A DNA stretch of 63,009 nucleotides from contig CAYGDL010000001.1 in assembly GCA_964348545.1 (NCBI GenBank), positions 1 through 63,009 of the forward strand, in the 5' to 3' direction. The DNA comes from an uncultured Alphaproteobacteria bacterium (lineage in GTDB: Bacteria > Pseudomonadota > Alphaproteobacteria > UBA11222). Within the stretch, counting starts at the first letter, position 1, and each line of letters begins with the position of its first letter. The position numbers and the translations under genes were made by a program. This document shows positions 32,040-40,917 of the stretch, one piece after another. The notes beneath the pieces were generated by a model. It searched no databases. It worked only from the letters and a program-made list of their open reading frames with translations, and was not told the DNA's origin.

Positions 32040-32822
32040 CTATTTGGAAAACAAAAAGTCAGTCATGATGTAATTAAACAGCAATATCAGAATGGACGCC
32101 GACACGACCGCATCTGTCGTTGCCGCGCCCACGCCTTGCGCGCCGCCCTTGCTGTTATAGCCGTGATAGCAGCCCATCAGCGCGATCAGAAAACCAAACA
32201 CCGCCGCCTTGGTAAGCCCGGAGGTCACATCCTCAGCTTTCAGCACGTCCAGGGTGCTTTTCATATACACCCCGGCATTCAGACCCAATCGTTGCGTCGC
32301 CGCCAGAAAGCCGCCCATGACCCCGATAATATCTGCGATCAGCACCAAAATGGGCAGGCTGATTGTCGCCGCAATCAAACGCGGTGCGATCAGATATTTG
32401 AAAGGATTGGTGGCCAGCGTGGTCAGCGCGTCAATCTGCTCAGTCACGCGCATGGTGCCTATCTCGGCGGCGATTGCCGAAGAAACCCGACCGGCCAGCA
32501 TCAGGGCAGCTAATACAGGCCCCAATTCCCGGACCATGGAAATGACCACCACCTGACCGACAAATCCTTCCGCGTTAAAGCGCGAACCGCCAATGTAAAT
32601 CTGCAAGGCCAGCACGGCGCCGGTGAAAATGGCGGTCAAGCCAACCACAGGCAACGAGAAATAACCAATCCGCAGCATCTGCTGCAAGGTGATGCGAAAA
32701 AAGAAGGGGGGCAGCACCACATGCCGCAACGCCGTTGCGGTGAACAAAATCAGGTGTCCGGTCGAACCGAGAAAGGCAATAAAAACTCGGCCTATCGCCG
32801 CCAGGAAATTCCAGCGGCTCAT
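32040..32822 (-). CDS. MlaE/YrbE family ABC transporter permease
   Basis: 260-aa polytopic protein directly upstream of the ATPase gene. The start is at ATG 32822, overlapping the alr stop. The longer ORF-track start would run into alr. Confidence 0.8.
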   Translation of the reverse strand: MSRWNFLAAIGRVFIAFLGSTGHLILFTATALRHVVLPPFFFRITLQQMLRIGYFSLPVVGLTAIFTGAVLALQIYIGGSRFNAEGFVGQVVVISMVRELGPVLAALMLAGRVSSAIAAEIGTMRVTEQIDALTTLATNPFKYLIAPRLIAATISLPILVLIADIIGVMGGFLAATQRLGLNAGVYMKSTLDVLKAEDVTSGLTKAAVFGFLIALMGCYHGYNSKGGAQGVGAATTDAVVSASILILLFNYIMTDFLFSK

Positions 32823-33946
32823 ATGACGCCCACGCTGTCGCAATGATAAGTGCGCGCAAAACGGGTGCCAAGCTGCGTCAGAATTTCGTAATTTATAGTG
32901 CCCGCCACATCCGCCACGCGCTCCAGGGGCGCATGCGGCCCGATAATTTCGATTTCGTTTCCAGGCACACATAGCTCAGGCGGCACGGCGCTAACATCAA
33001 AGGTGCAAAGATCCATGGAAATGCGTCCGACCAGCGGCGTCAAATGTCCGCCAATGGCGCCTGTGCCCAGATTACTCAATGCGCGCATATACCCATCCGC
33101 ATAGCCTATTCCCGCCACGGCAATGCGGGCAGGGCCGCCCGGGCGATAAGTGGCTCCGTAGCCCACATAGTCCTCCCTGTCAACGTCACGCACCTGGAGT
33201 ATTTTCGCATAGAGCCGGACCGCCGCCTGAAACGGACTTTGCGCCACCCCTGAGGGATTACCACCATAAAGGCCAATACCCGGGCGCACCATATCAAAGC
33301 AATATTGCGTCCCCAGCAAGGTTCCCGCAGTATTGGCAAGACTTGCCGGAATGCCGGGAAACTGATCGCGCACGGCATTAAATGACAATAATTGCCGCGC
33401 GTTCAGGGGGTGCGCCGGATCATCGGCGCAGGACAGATGCGACATGATATAATCAATCTTCATGCCGTTTAGCAGGCTGGCGTCACCTTTCAACAGCGCG
33501 ATATCGCCAGCACCCAGACCCAGACGGGACATGCCCGTGTCAAAATTCAGGATCGCGCTATATTGCCCCGCCGATTCTGATTGCCAGCGTATCAATTCCT
33601 GTAGCGTATTGATCACGGGGCGCAGACCATTGGCAACATAAAGCCTGGCGGCGTTTTCAGGCAGGCCATGCAATATGTAGATAAGTGCATCCGGCAAAAT
33701 CGCCCGCAACGCCACCCCCTCACTATAATGGGCGACAAAGAAAATGTCGCACCCCGCCGCCGCCAAACAGCGCGCTACCGGCCCCAGACCCAGGCCATAG
33801 GCATCCGCCTTGACCACCGCAGAAGTCCTGGCGCCACCCGCAATAGCGGAAATTTTTCGATAATTCGCCGCAATCGCATCCAAATTGATATCAAGCCGCG
33901 CGCCATGTATGCGGGCATTCAAGTGCGGCGATGGATCTATTCGCAT
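32819..33946 (-). CDS. alr: Alanine racemase
   Basis: 375-aa ORF with the PLP-lysine motif AVVKADAYGLG. Confidence 0.92.
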   Translation of the reverse strand: MRIDPSPHLNARIHGARLDINLDAIAANYRKISAIAGGARTSAVVKADAYGLGLGPVARCLAAAGCDIFFVAHYSEGVALRAILPDALIYILHGLPENAARLYVANGLRPVINTLQELIRWQSESAGQYSAILNFDTGMSRLGLGAGDIALLKGDASLLNGMKIDYIMSHLSCADDPAHPLNARQLLSFNAVRDQFPGIPASLANTAGTLLGTQYCFDMVRPGIGLYGGNPSGVAQSPFQAAVRLYAKILQVRDVDREDYVGYGATYRPGGPARIAVAGIGYADGYMRALSNLGTGAIGGHLTPLVGRISMDLCTFDVSAVPPELCVPGNEIEIIGPHAPLERVADVAGTINYEILTQLGTRFARTYHCDSVGVI

Positions 33947-34028
33947 GGTGGATCAATATCCCGTGGCGCCTGATGGCGTCACATTCTGTTAGCGCAAACC
34001 GCCTGGTTCAGGCTAGTCGGATTTCATC

Positions 34029-35540
34029 CTAATAGCCTTCTTTGGCGAGATTATCAAATTTGGTCAACTCGCTGCGGAACGCCAGGCGCACGGTGCCGGT
34101 TGGTCCGTGGCGCTGTTTGCCGATAATGATTTCAGCCAGGCCATGCACCTTTTCCATCTCCTCCACCCATTTGGGATATTCCGGCTTGTCCTCACGCGGT
34201 TCGGCTTTTTGCACATAATATTCCTCGCGGAACACAAACATCACCACGTCGGCATCCTGTTCGATTGAACCGGATTCGCGCAAATCAGAAAGTTGTGGGC
34301 GCTTGTCTTCGCGCTGCTCCACCTGACGCGACAATTGCGAAAGCGCCAGAACGGGTACATTCAGTTCCTTGGCCATGGCCTTCAGGCCCTGGGTGATGGA
34401 GGAAATTTCCTGCACCCGATTTTCCATGGATGACGAAGCGCCGCGCACCAATTGCAGATAATCAACCACAACCAACCGCAAACCCTGAAGCCGTTTGATG
34501 CGCCGGGCGCGCGCCGTCAGCGCGCTGATCTGCAATGCGCCCGTATCATCGATATAGAGCGGCAGTTCCTGCAATTCCTGGCTCACCGAAACAAGACGCT
34601 TGAAGCCGACCTCATCGATTTGCCCACGGCGAATTTTTTCCGAAGTAATACCCGATTGCTCAGACAGAATCCGGGTCGCCAATTGCTCAGACGACATTTC
34701 AAGCGAGAAAAACGCGACGACGCCGGGGCGCGCTTTTTCATCCAGCGCCTGAGACAGATTTTTTTCTATCATCAGTTCTTTGGCCGCGTTGAAAGCAATA
34801 TTGGTCGCCAGCGCGGTTTTCCCCATAGATGGACGCCCGGCCAGAATGATCAGATCGGAATTGTGCATGCCGCCCATCAACCGATCCAGATCTATAAACT
34901 GGGTTGCAAGACCACTTAACCCGCCGTCGCGTTCATAAGCTTTGGCCGCAACGTCAATTGATTGGGTGATCGCCGTTTTGAAGGGTTGCAGCCCGCCTTC
35001 ATAGCGGCCCCGCTCGGCCATGTTGAACAGGCTGGCCTCGGCTTCCTCAATCTGGCTGGCGGCGGTGACATCAACCGGTGCGTCATAACTGCGGTTCACC
35101 ACATCCTCGCCAAGCCGTATCAGGCCGCGCCGGACAGAAAGATCATGGATGATGCGGCCATAAAATTCCGCATTGATGACGCTCGTCGCCGAAGCCGCAA
35201 GGCGCGCCAGATATTGGGTGCCGCCGATCTCGGCAAGCCCTTCATCCCGGTCAAAATAATTTTTCAGCGTCACCGGGCTGGCCAGCAGGCCACGTTGAAT
35301 CAGTTTGCAGACTGCCTCAAATATGCGGGCATGGACGGGATCATAAAAATGCACAGGCTCAAGAAAGCTGGAAAGCTGATGGAAGCAATCATTATTGACC
35401 ATCACAGCGCCCAGCAAGGCCTGTTCGGCTTCGACATTGCTGGGCGGCGACCGGTAGGCAACGCCACCGGGCAAGGTTGCGACATTACCGTTTGGATTAG
35501 TCGCGAGCGCGAATATGGGTGCGTTTCGATTATCTGACAT
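34029..35540 (-). CDS. dnaB: Replicative DNA helicase
   Basis: N-terminal PPSNVEAEQALLGAV, Walker A GRPSMGKTA and the LSQLSR motif. Confidence 0.95.
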   Translation of the reverse strand: MSDNRNAPIFALATNPNGNVATLPGGVAYRSPPSNVEAEQALLGAVMVNNDCFHQLSSFLEPVHFYDPVHARIFEAVCKLIQRGLLASPVTLKNYFDRDEGLAEIGGTQYLARLAASATSVINAEFYGRIIHDLSVRRGLIRLGEDVVNRSYDAPVDVTAASQIEEAEASLFNMAERGRYEGGLQPFKTAITQSIDVAAKAYERDGGLSGLATQFIDLDRLMGGMHNSDLIILAGRPSMGKTALATNIAFNAAKELMIEKNLSQALDEKARPGVVAFFSLEMSSEQLATRILSEQSGITSEKIRRGQIDEVGFKRLVSVSQELQELPLYIDDTGALQISALTARARRIKRLQGLRLVVVDYLQLVRGASSSMENRVQEISSITQGLKAMAKELNVPVLALSQLSRQVEQREDKRPQLSDLRESGSIEQDADVVMFVFREEYYVQKAEPREDKPEYPKWVEEMEKVHGLAEIIIGKQRHGPTGTVRLAFRSELTKFDNLAKEGY

Positions 35541-35628
35541 GGCTATATCCTAGCCCCCGCGAATCGGCATTCACAGAATTATACCCTGTGGAAAAAATGT
35601 ATAACGTGGACAATAAAAAGCGGGTATT

Positions 35629-35656
35629 AAAAAAGGGCAGCACATTATTGCCGCCC
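35629..35656 (-). terminator. Rho-independent terminator after rplI
   Basis: On the minus strand: GGGCGGCA-ATAATG-TGCTGCCC (8 bp including one G-U pair) followed by TTTTTT, about 30 nt after the rplI stop. Confidence 0.75.
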
Positions 35657-35690
35657 TTTGACCGGATCCGCTGTATGGCAGGATTAAAAT

Positions 35691-36263
35691 TTAATCCGCA
35701 TCATCCAGGGCTTCCTCGCCCTCTTCGAACAGATCTTCAAGCTCCATATCCAGCGCGTCATCATCATCATCTGTATTTACGAGCACATTGACGCCCGCAG
35801 CCTGCTTGTCTGCTTCTTCCAAAGACCGCGCCACATTAACAGTGATTTTTGCGGAAACCTCAGGATGCAATACGATACGCACATCATGTATGCCGAGATT
35901 TTTAATCTGCCGCACCAGCGCCACTTGCTGGCGGCCTACGGTAAATCCATTTTCGGTCATGACAATGGCGACATCGCGGCTGTTCACCGAACCATACAGC
36001 AATCCGGATTCGCCGGACTGGCGCAGGATCACAAAAGATTTGCCGTCCATGCCTGCGGCAACAAGTTCGGCGTCCTTGCGGTGCTCGATATTGGTAGCTT
36101 CCAACTGGACACGCCGGGTCTCAAAATATTTCAGATTTTCTTCTGTTGCCCGCAAGGCCTTGCGGCGCGGCAGCAGAAAATTGCGGGCATAACCGTCTTT
36201 GACTTTGACAACGGCGCCCATTTGGCCAAGATTTTCAACCCGTTCCAGCAATACGACCTGCAT
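35691..36263 (-). CDS. rplI: 50S ribosomal protein L9
   Basis: [32 protein letters not shown] is the canonical L9 N-terminus. The C-terminal tail is acidic. Confidence 0.95.
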   Translation of the reverse strand: MQVVLLERVENLGQMGAVVKVKDGYARNFLLPRRKALRATEENLKYFETRRVQLEATNIEHRKDAELVAAGMDGKSFVILRQSGESGLLYGSVNSRDVAIVMTENGFTVGRQQVALVRQIKNLGIHDVRIVLHPEVSAKITVNVARSLEEADKQAAGVNVLVNTDDDDDALDMELEDLFEEGEEALDDAD

Positions 36264-36281
36264 CCGATTTCCTCTCGCCCG

Positions 36282-37238
36282 TTACGGCTTAACAACACCA
36301 TAGGTTAGGCGTAAATTGGCAAAATGTTCGATAATGCCAACGCCCACAATCAGTAAAGATGGCCAGCCAAGGGCCACCAGCAACAGATAAAGACCGGTCA
36401 GAGCCATTGCCCGGCCCGGCAAGCGATGGGAGATAACATGGACTGTCGCTAATCCCAAGAAAAAATAGGGAATAATGGCCAAAGTCATCAAAACAGATCC
36501 AAAATATCCAAAATCTCCCGGTAAAAATGCCAGCGCCACCCCGCCAATCAGCGGCCAGAGCATGAATTGTGGCAGATACATGGTGAGCAATTCGGGCGAC
36601 GGGCGCAGATTACGGCCAAAACGCACCGCCAGTTGCTGGGCAAGGGCGCCATTGCCCATAGAGATCAGGCTCCAAAACAGCGCAACAGCAGGCAAGACCA
36701 GACCGGTCAGCCGCGCTTGCAGCACCAGTTCGTCGGTGGGCGCACCGCCGGACTGGATCTGGGCCTGAATGATGGCCTTGGACAGTCCTTCAAGTTCAAT
36801 GATGCGGGGTATCCACCCCGTCAGCCCGCCTTCATAACTCTGCATGAACAGCGTTAACGCCAGCGCGATGGCCATGCCAATGCCACCAAGCCAGGCAAAC
36901 AAATACCCTGTGGGATAAAATTCCGTAACCGGCTGGCCATTCGGGCCATTAAAAGTTCGCGACCAGTTTGCCACATGGGTGAGGATAATGGGGGCGATCG
37001 CATTGGCCAGAAAAAACGCAATCGCCAGCATAGGCCCGCCCGCCAGCGCGAGCGCCGCCGTGGCGGACAGTCCCCCAAAAAGCGCCGCCGTTCCGCCATA
37101 GCTAAGCCCGACCAGAAACAGCGGCAGAGGCGACAGATACATTGGAATGATAGACAGGCCGATACCGCTGGCGGCGGATCCATACAAAACTGCGCTCAGC
37201 AACCCGGCGCCTATACTGACCAGAATAAAGGGGGGCAT
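36282..37238 (-). CDS. DUF2232 (YybS-like) integral membrane protein
   Basis: 318-aa polytopic protein between rpsR and rplI, the same position YybS occupies in Bacillus. Confidence 0.7.
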   Translation of the reverse strand: MPPFILVSIGAGLLSAVLYGSAASGIGLSIIPMYLSPLPLFLVGLSYGGTAALFGGLSATAALALAGGPMLAIAFFLANAIAPIILTHVANWSRTFNGPNGQPVTEFYPTGYLFAWLGGIGMAIALALTLFMQSYEGGLTGWIPRIIELEGLSKAIIQAQIQSGGAPTDELVLQARLTGLVLPAVALFWSLISMGNGALAQQLAVRFGRNLRPSPELLTMYLPQFMLWPLIGGVALAFLPGDFGYFGSVLMTLAIIPYFFLGLATVHVISHRLPGRAMALTGLYLLLVALGWPSLLIVGVGIIEHFANLRLTYGVVKP

Positions 37239-37259
37239 GGCGATGGATCTGATAATAGG

Positions 37260-37287
37260 GGAAGGGGGCGACTATTCGCCCCCTTCC
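37260..37287 (-). terminator. GC-rich hairpin between rpsR and the DUF2232 gene (attenuator/terminator candidate)
   Basis: GGAAGGGGGCGA-CTAT-TCGCCCCCTTCC, a 12-bp perfect stem with no clear U-run. Confidence 0.4.
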
Positions 37288-37295
37288 AGATAATT

Positions 37296-37535
37296 CTAGC
37301 TGATAATATAGGGCAGCAAGGCCAGTTCTCGGGCGCGCTTGATCGCTGTTGCCAGTTCCCGCTGTTTCTTTTTGGAAACGGCGGTAATGCGGCTGGGTAC
37401 GATCTTGCCACGCTCGGACAGATAACGCTGCAACAGCTTGATGTCCTTGTAATCGATTGCCGGAGCATTATCGCCGGAGAAAGGACAAGTCTTGCGACGG
37501 CGGAAAAACGGCCTGCGGGCTGCATCTTCGCTCAT
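37296..37535 (-). CDS. rpsR: 30S ribosomal protein S18
   Basis: 79-aa [46 protein letters not shown] is the canonical S18 core. Confidence 0.95.
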   Translation of the reverse strand: MSEDAARRPFFRRRKTCPFSGDNAPAIDYKDIKLLQRYLSERGKIVPSRITAVSKKKQRELATAIKRARELALLPYIIS

Positions 37536-38077
37536 TCGGAATCCTCCCCAATATCGCTGAGGCGCACGGTGCCGTGATCCACCCCATCATCTTCGAACAG
37601 GCGGCGCGTGCCACCTTCTGAACCGCGATCACGGCGTCCACCGCCGCTATCACCAAAGCCGCCGCGTTCACGCCGACCACCGCCGGGACCACCGCCAAAG
37701 CCGCCGGGGCCACCGCCAAAGCCGCCGGGACCACCCGGACGCGGGCCGCGATCATCGCGCGATTGCATCATTGCCGACGGTTTTTCATCCATGGATTCCG
37801 TGCGCAGAGTCATGAAGCGTAAAATATCTTCATGAATGCCCATCTGGCGTTCCATTTCCTTTACCGTCGCAGGAGCCGCGTCGATATTCATCAGCACATA
37901 GTGCCCTTTCCGGTTCTTGCGAATCCGGTACGCCATGTTGCGCAAGCCCCAATATTCGGTCTTACCGACCTGTCCGCCGCCTTCGGTAATGACGTTCTTG
38001 AACGCCTCTACCAATGCATCGACTTGTTGGGGCGACACATCCTGACGGGCGATAAAGACATGTTCATATGTCGTCAT
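37532..38077 (-). CDS. rpsF: 30S ribosomal protein S6 with a long Gly/Arg-rich C-terminal extension
   Basis: The S6 core is [19 protein letters not shown]...[22 protein letters not shown]. It is followed by ~80 residues of [15 protein letters not shown] low-complexity sequence. It overlaps rpsR by 4 nt. Confidence 0.9.
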   Translation of the reverse strand: MTTYEHVFIARQDVSPQQVDALVEAFKNVITEGGGQVGKTEYWGLRNMAYRIRKNRKGHYVLMNIDAAPATVKEMERQMGIHEDILRFMTLRTESMDEKPSAMMQSRDDRGPRPGGPGGFGGGPGGFGGGPGGGRRERGGFGDSGGGRRDRGSEGGTRRLFEDDGVDHGTVRLSDIGEDSE

Positions 38078-38300
38078 ATTATCCCTCTTGTCTCAAGACC
38101 ATTCGCCATCCACCCCGCTTTAGGGAGGGGGCATATCCATAGAAATCCCCCCGGACTGGCCGTCCGGGCGGGAAGTCGCGCACTATACGTATTCCGGCCA
38201 AAGATGCAAGGTTCTATATGGTTCCTCGCTTCAGGTGACACCGTGGGTGGGGCGGTTCAATCCGAACAAAGAAACAGTCCAGAATAACAATCCAGCGCCC

Positions 38301-38424
38301 TTACTTACCCTTGAATGGATCAAATATTTCCACGTCAAGCCCCGTGAAATCACGCACATTCTAGGGTCACCACGATCAATCCGTGAATTTTAGCGGTTGC
38401 GGCAATCATCGCATCCAAAATCAG
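38301..38424 (-). pseudogene. VapC/PIN-domain toxin, C-terminal remnant with a frame break
   Basis: The minus strand reads ..LILDAMIAATAKIHGLIVVT, then after a 1-nt frame slip NVRDFTGLDVEIFDPFKGK* (stop 38301-38303). This is a typical PIN-toxin end. There is no N-terminal half and no antitoxin gene. Confidence 0.6.
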
Positions 38425-38530
38425 GAAGGTCACGCCGATGTAAATCGCCAGAAACTGGTATTCGACAAAAGCGCCACGCAGGCTGTTCAGATTGACCGCA
38501 TGGAAAAGATGCGCCACCCAATGATCCGGC
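38425..38530 (-). pseudogene. N-terminal fragment of a third copy of the TolB-like/TPR membrane protein family
   Basis: It encodes PDHWVAHLFHAVNLNSLRGAFVEYQFLAIYIGV, compared with TPDHWVANVFHAVKLDSLLEALPAMDYRLMAVGLGV in the adjacent full-length gene. Homology stops abruptly at both ends. Confidence 0.6.
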
Positions 38531-38600
38531 GCACCCCTCACTCGCCGCGCAGGCGCTGGCGCAGCGGGCCCTGGCCTTCTCCCACAAGGGGAGAAGGAAA
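38531..38600. repeat. GC-rich REP-like element with hairpin CCTTCTCCC-ACAAG-GGGAGAAGG
   Basis: The hairpin is at 38575-38597. Its translation (..PLWEKA.. / ..PTRGEGK..) resembles the short palindromic intergenic elements common in alphaproteobacterial genomes. I noticed only one copy in this window. Confidence 0.45.
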
Positions 38601-38658
38601 GGGCGCATTTCCAAATGCGATAGCCCTGGCTGCGCGAAGGAGGAACCATAAACCTGCG

Positions 38659-40161
38659 CTAATCTCTCCAGACCGCGTTGATCAGCGCAGTCATTTTTCC
38701 AGCCCGTCCTGAAGGCGATGTATGCTTGAAGTGAGCGATGGCCTGCTCACGGGTCCAGCCGGGTTGCACTTCACGCAATCGGCCTATATGGACCTGCGCC
38801 TCGGCGTCGCGCTGCAAAACCCCCAGCACGATGGCGAGGGTCAAATGACCCATGCCGAATCCTGGCATATGCGCGACGCAATTCCGCGCCGCCTGTTCGG
38901 CCTTCGCCGCATCGCCAAGCGCCAGATGACCGTATGATTGATATATATAGGCAAAGCCGACATAGGGGTCCTTCGGCGACCGGCGCAGGAACAGTTCCAC
39001 CTGCGCCAGGGCCTCGCCGGGCCGTCCCAGATTGAGAAGCCCGAAAGCATAGGATTGCCGTGAGAAGTTGTTATTGGGATTGAGGGCCAGGCTGCGTTGC
39101 GCCCACTCAACGCCCTGTGCGGCCTGTCCGGCAAAGCAGGCGGCATATCCGCAACAGCCCAGCACAACCGGATCGTTCGGGGCCAAATCCAGCGCCTTGC
39201 GGGCCAGCGAAAGCGCCTCGGCGGAATCCCGCACCAGATCGATACTGGTTCCATAGGTTATCCGCATGGCGGCGAAACAGGCGAGCAACGCCCAGCCGGC
39301 CGCATAGCCCGGTTCGATTTCCGCCGCCCGCCGCGCCAGTTTTTCGGCTTCCAGAATAGCTTTCGGGGTGGCCTGCGTGTTCCATAGAACCTCCGCCTGG
39401 ACGCACAGCGCCCAGGCCTGAAGGTTTTCGGGCCGCTGGCGCCCCGCGCGCGCCGCCTCGGCCACTCCGAGGCTGGAACAGAGCGCGGAGATAATCTCAT
39501 CCACCACCTCGTCCATGACGGCGAATATCTCCGCTACCGGGCGGTCGATTTTGTCCGCCCAGACATGCGCGCCGGTGGCGGTTTCGATGAGTTGCGCGGT
39601 AATGCGCAGGCGCTCGCCGATCGGCCGGATGCTGCCCTCCACCACATAGCGTACGCCAAGCTCGCGCCCGGCGGCGCGGATGTCCGGCGATTGCCCCTTA
39701 TAGGCAAAGGTGGAACTGCGGGCGGTGACAAACAGGCGGCTGTCGCAGGACAGGCCGGTGATAATATCCTCGGTCATGCCATCGGCGAAATATTCCTGCT
39801 CAGGATCGCTGCTCAGATTGACGAAGGGGAGCACCGCAATCGAGGGCTTGCCTTCAATGTCGTCCAAAGCAGGGGCGGCCTGAACGGCGGGGGCTGCCTT
39901 GCGCGCGCGCTGACTTTGAAAAATCAGCGCGCCGGTGCTGACGCCGACGCCCAGGCCAACCGCCATCAGCCGGTAATCCATGGCGGGCAAGGCCTCAAGC
40001 AGGCTGTCCAGCTTCACCGCGTGAAAAACATTCGCCACCCAGTGATCCGGCGTAAAGCCGGTCAGCGTCAGGATCACCCCGGCGCTAAACCAGTGCGTCA
40101 GATATTCCTTCGCCGTGTGCAACAGGCGTTTATGTGGCGGCGTTTGGGGGTCAGAGGTCAT
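38659..40161 (-). CDS. Membrane-anchored TolB-N-like + TPR repeat protein, paralog A
   Basis: 500-aa ORF with two N-terminal hydrophobic helices. The block KPSIAVLPFVNLSSDPEQEYFADGMTEDIITGLS...GVRYVVEGSIRPIGERLRITAQLIETATGAHVWAD is the domain normally placed between a cyclase or wHTH domain and TPRs. The C-terminus is TPR-like. Confidence 0.75.
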   Translation of the reverse strand: MTSDPQTPPHKRLLHTAKEYLTHWFSAGVILTLTGFTPDHWVANVFHAVKLDSLLEALPAMDYRLMAVGLGVGVSTGALIFQSQRARKAAPAVQAAPALDDIEGKPSIAVLPFVNLSSDPEQEYFADGMTEDIITGLSCDSRLFVTARSSTFAYKGQSPDIRAAGRELGVRYVVEGSIRPIGERLRITAQLIETATGAHVWADKIDRPVAEIFAVMDEVVDEIISALCSSLGVAEAARAGRQRPENLQAWALCVQAEVLWNTQATPKAILEAEKLARRAAEIEPGYAAGWALLACFAAMRITYGTSIDLVRDSAEALSLARKALDLAPNDPVVLGCCGYAACFAGQAAQGVEWAQRSLALNPNNNFSRQSYAFGLLNLGRPGEALAQVELFLRRSPKDPYVGFAYIYQSYGHLALGDAAKAEQAARNCVAHMPGFGMGHLTLAIVLGVLQRDAEAQVHIGRLREVQPGWTREQAIAHFKHTSPSGRAGKMTALINAVWRD

Positions 40162-40514
40162 CAGTTTGGATCCGGCAGAAGCGGCGCGAGCGCCTTAAGC
40201 AGAGGCGGCAGGCTGCTATGCAGCACGGTCCAAACAACGTCAAGACGGACTTCGGCATAACCATGGATCAGGCGGTGACGCATGCCGGTGATTTCGCGCC
40301 ATTGTATTTCGGGATGTCTTGCGCAAGCATCTGGCGAAACCTTTCCGGCGGCTTCGCCAATGACCTCAAGTGAGCGGATAACGGCGTTCTGGTGCAGGCG
40401 GCTTGCGCGAAACGCAGCCTCATCCATGCCGGTGATGAAACCGAGCGCATCCTTTGCCGCCAGCGACATGTCCAGCAGCAATGCCAGGTCACGTTCCGGC
40501 AAATCAGGCGGCAT
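40161..40514 (-). CDS. hepT: HepT (DUF86, HEPN-fold) toxin
   Basis: RHRLIHGY (Rx4HxY) HEPN motif. The start is at ATG 40514 (GGAG upstream), overlapping the mntA 3' end by 11 nt. The stop TGA shares its A with the ATG of the next gene. Confidence 0.8.
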   Translation of the reverse strand: MPPDLPERDLALLLDMSLAAKDALGFITGMDEAAFRASRLHQNAVIRSLEVIGEAAGKVSPDACARHPEIQWREITGMRHRLIHGYAEVRLDVVWTVLHSSLPPLLKALAPLLPDPN

Positions 40515-40818
40515 AGAGCTGCTCCGATTCGGCCAGGATACGGCGGCGGCGGATTGTGTTGCGGCTGGCCTCCACCGCCTGGCGCTCCACCAGATCGACA
40601 GACAGGCCAAGCAATGCTTCCAGCGCTTCCTTGAAATCGAGGAAATTCAGCAGACCATCCGCTTGGGGGTCAAATTCAACCAGCAAATCCGCGTCGCTGC
40701 GTTGGGGGTCAAAATCGGTCCCCCGCGCAACGGAGCCAAACGCATCCAGCCGCGCCACCCCATGGCGGCGGCATAGTTCAGCAAGCGCATCGCGTTTTCC
40801 GGCCAGTAAGCTGTGCAT
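40504..40818 (-). CDS. mntA: MntA minimal nucleotidyltransferase antitoxin
   Basis: GSVARG ... DADLLVEF nucleotidyltransferase motifs. The start is preferred at ATG 40818 (AAGGGA 7 nt upstream), with GTG 40842 as an alternative. Confidence 0.8.
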   Translation of the reverse strand: MHSLLAGKRDALAELCRRHGVARLDAFGSVARGTDFDPQRSDADLLVEFDPQADGLLNFLDFKEALEALLGLSVDLVERQAVEASRNTIRRRRILAESEQLYAA

Positions 40819-40917
40819 GTTTATTTCCCTTATATGGCGCACAACCTATAGCAGATTGGATTCAAGGGGTATCTATTCTAACCCGTTGCTATCAGGGCGT
40901 CGCAAATATACACGCCG

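Noticed and set aside
31253-32822. The mlaE/mlaF-like pair has no adjacent mlaD-like substrate-binding gene, which could be an anomaly.
   Set aside because: The MCE/MlaD component is often encoded elsewhere or separated in alphaproteobacteria. Absence within this window alone is not informative.
38078-38200. Structured rpsF 5' leader (hairpin CCCGGAC-GGCCA-GTCCGGG on the minus strand) as an S6:S18 autoregulatory element.
   Set aside because: A hairpin is visible, but I cannot verify the specific S6:S18-binding mimic (the conserved CCG bulge context) by eye. It needs a covariance-model search.
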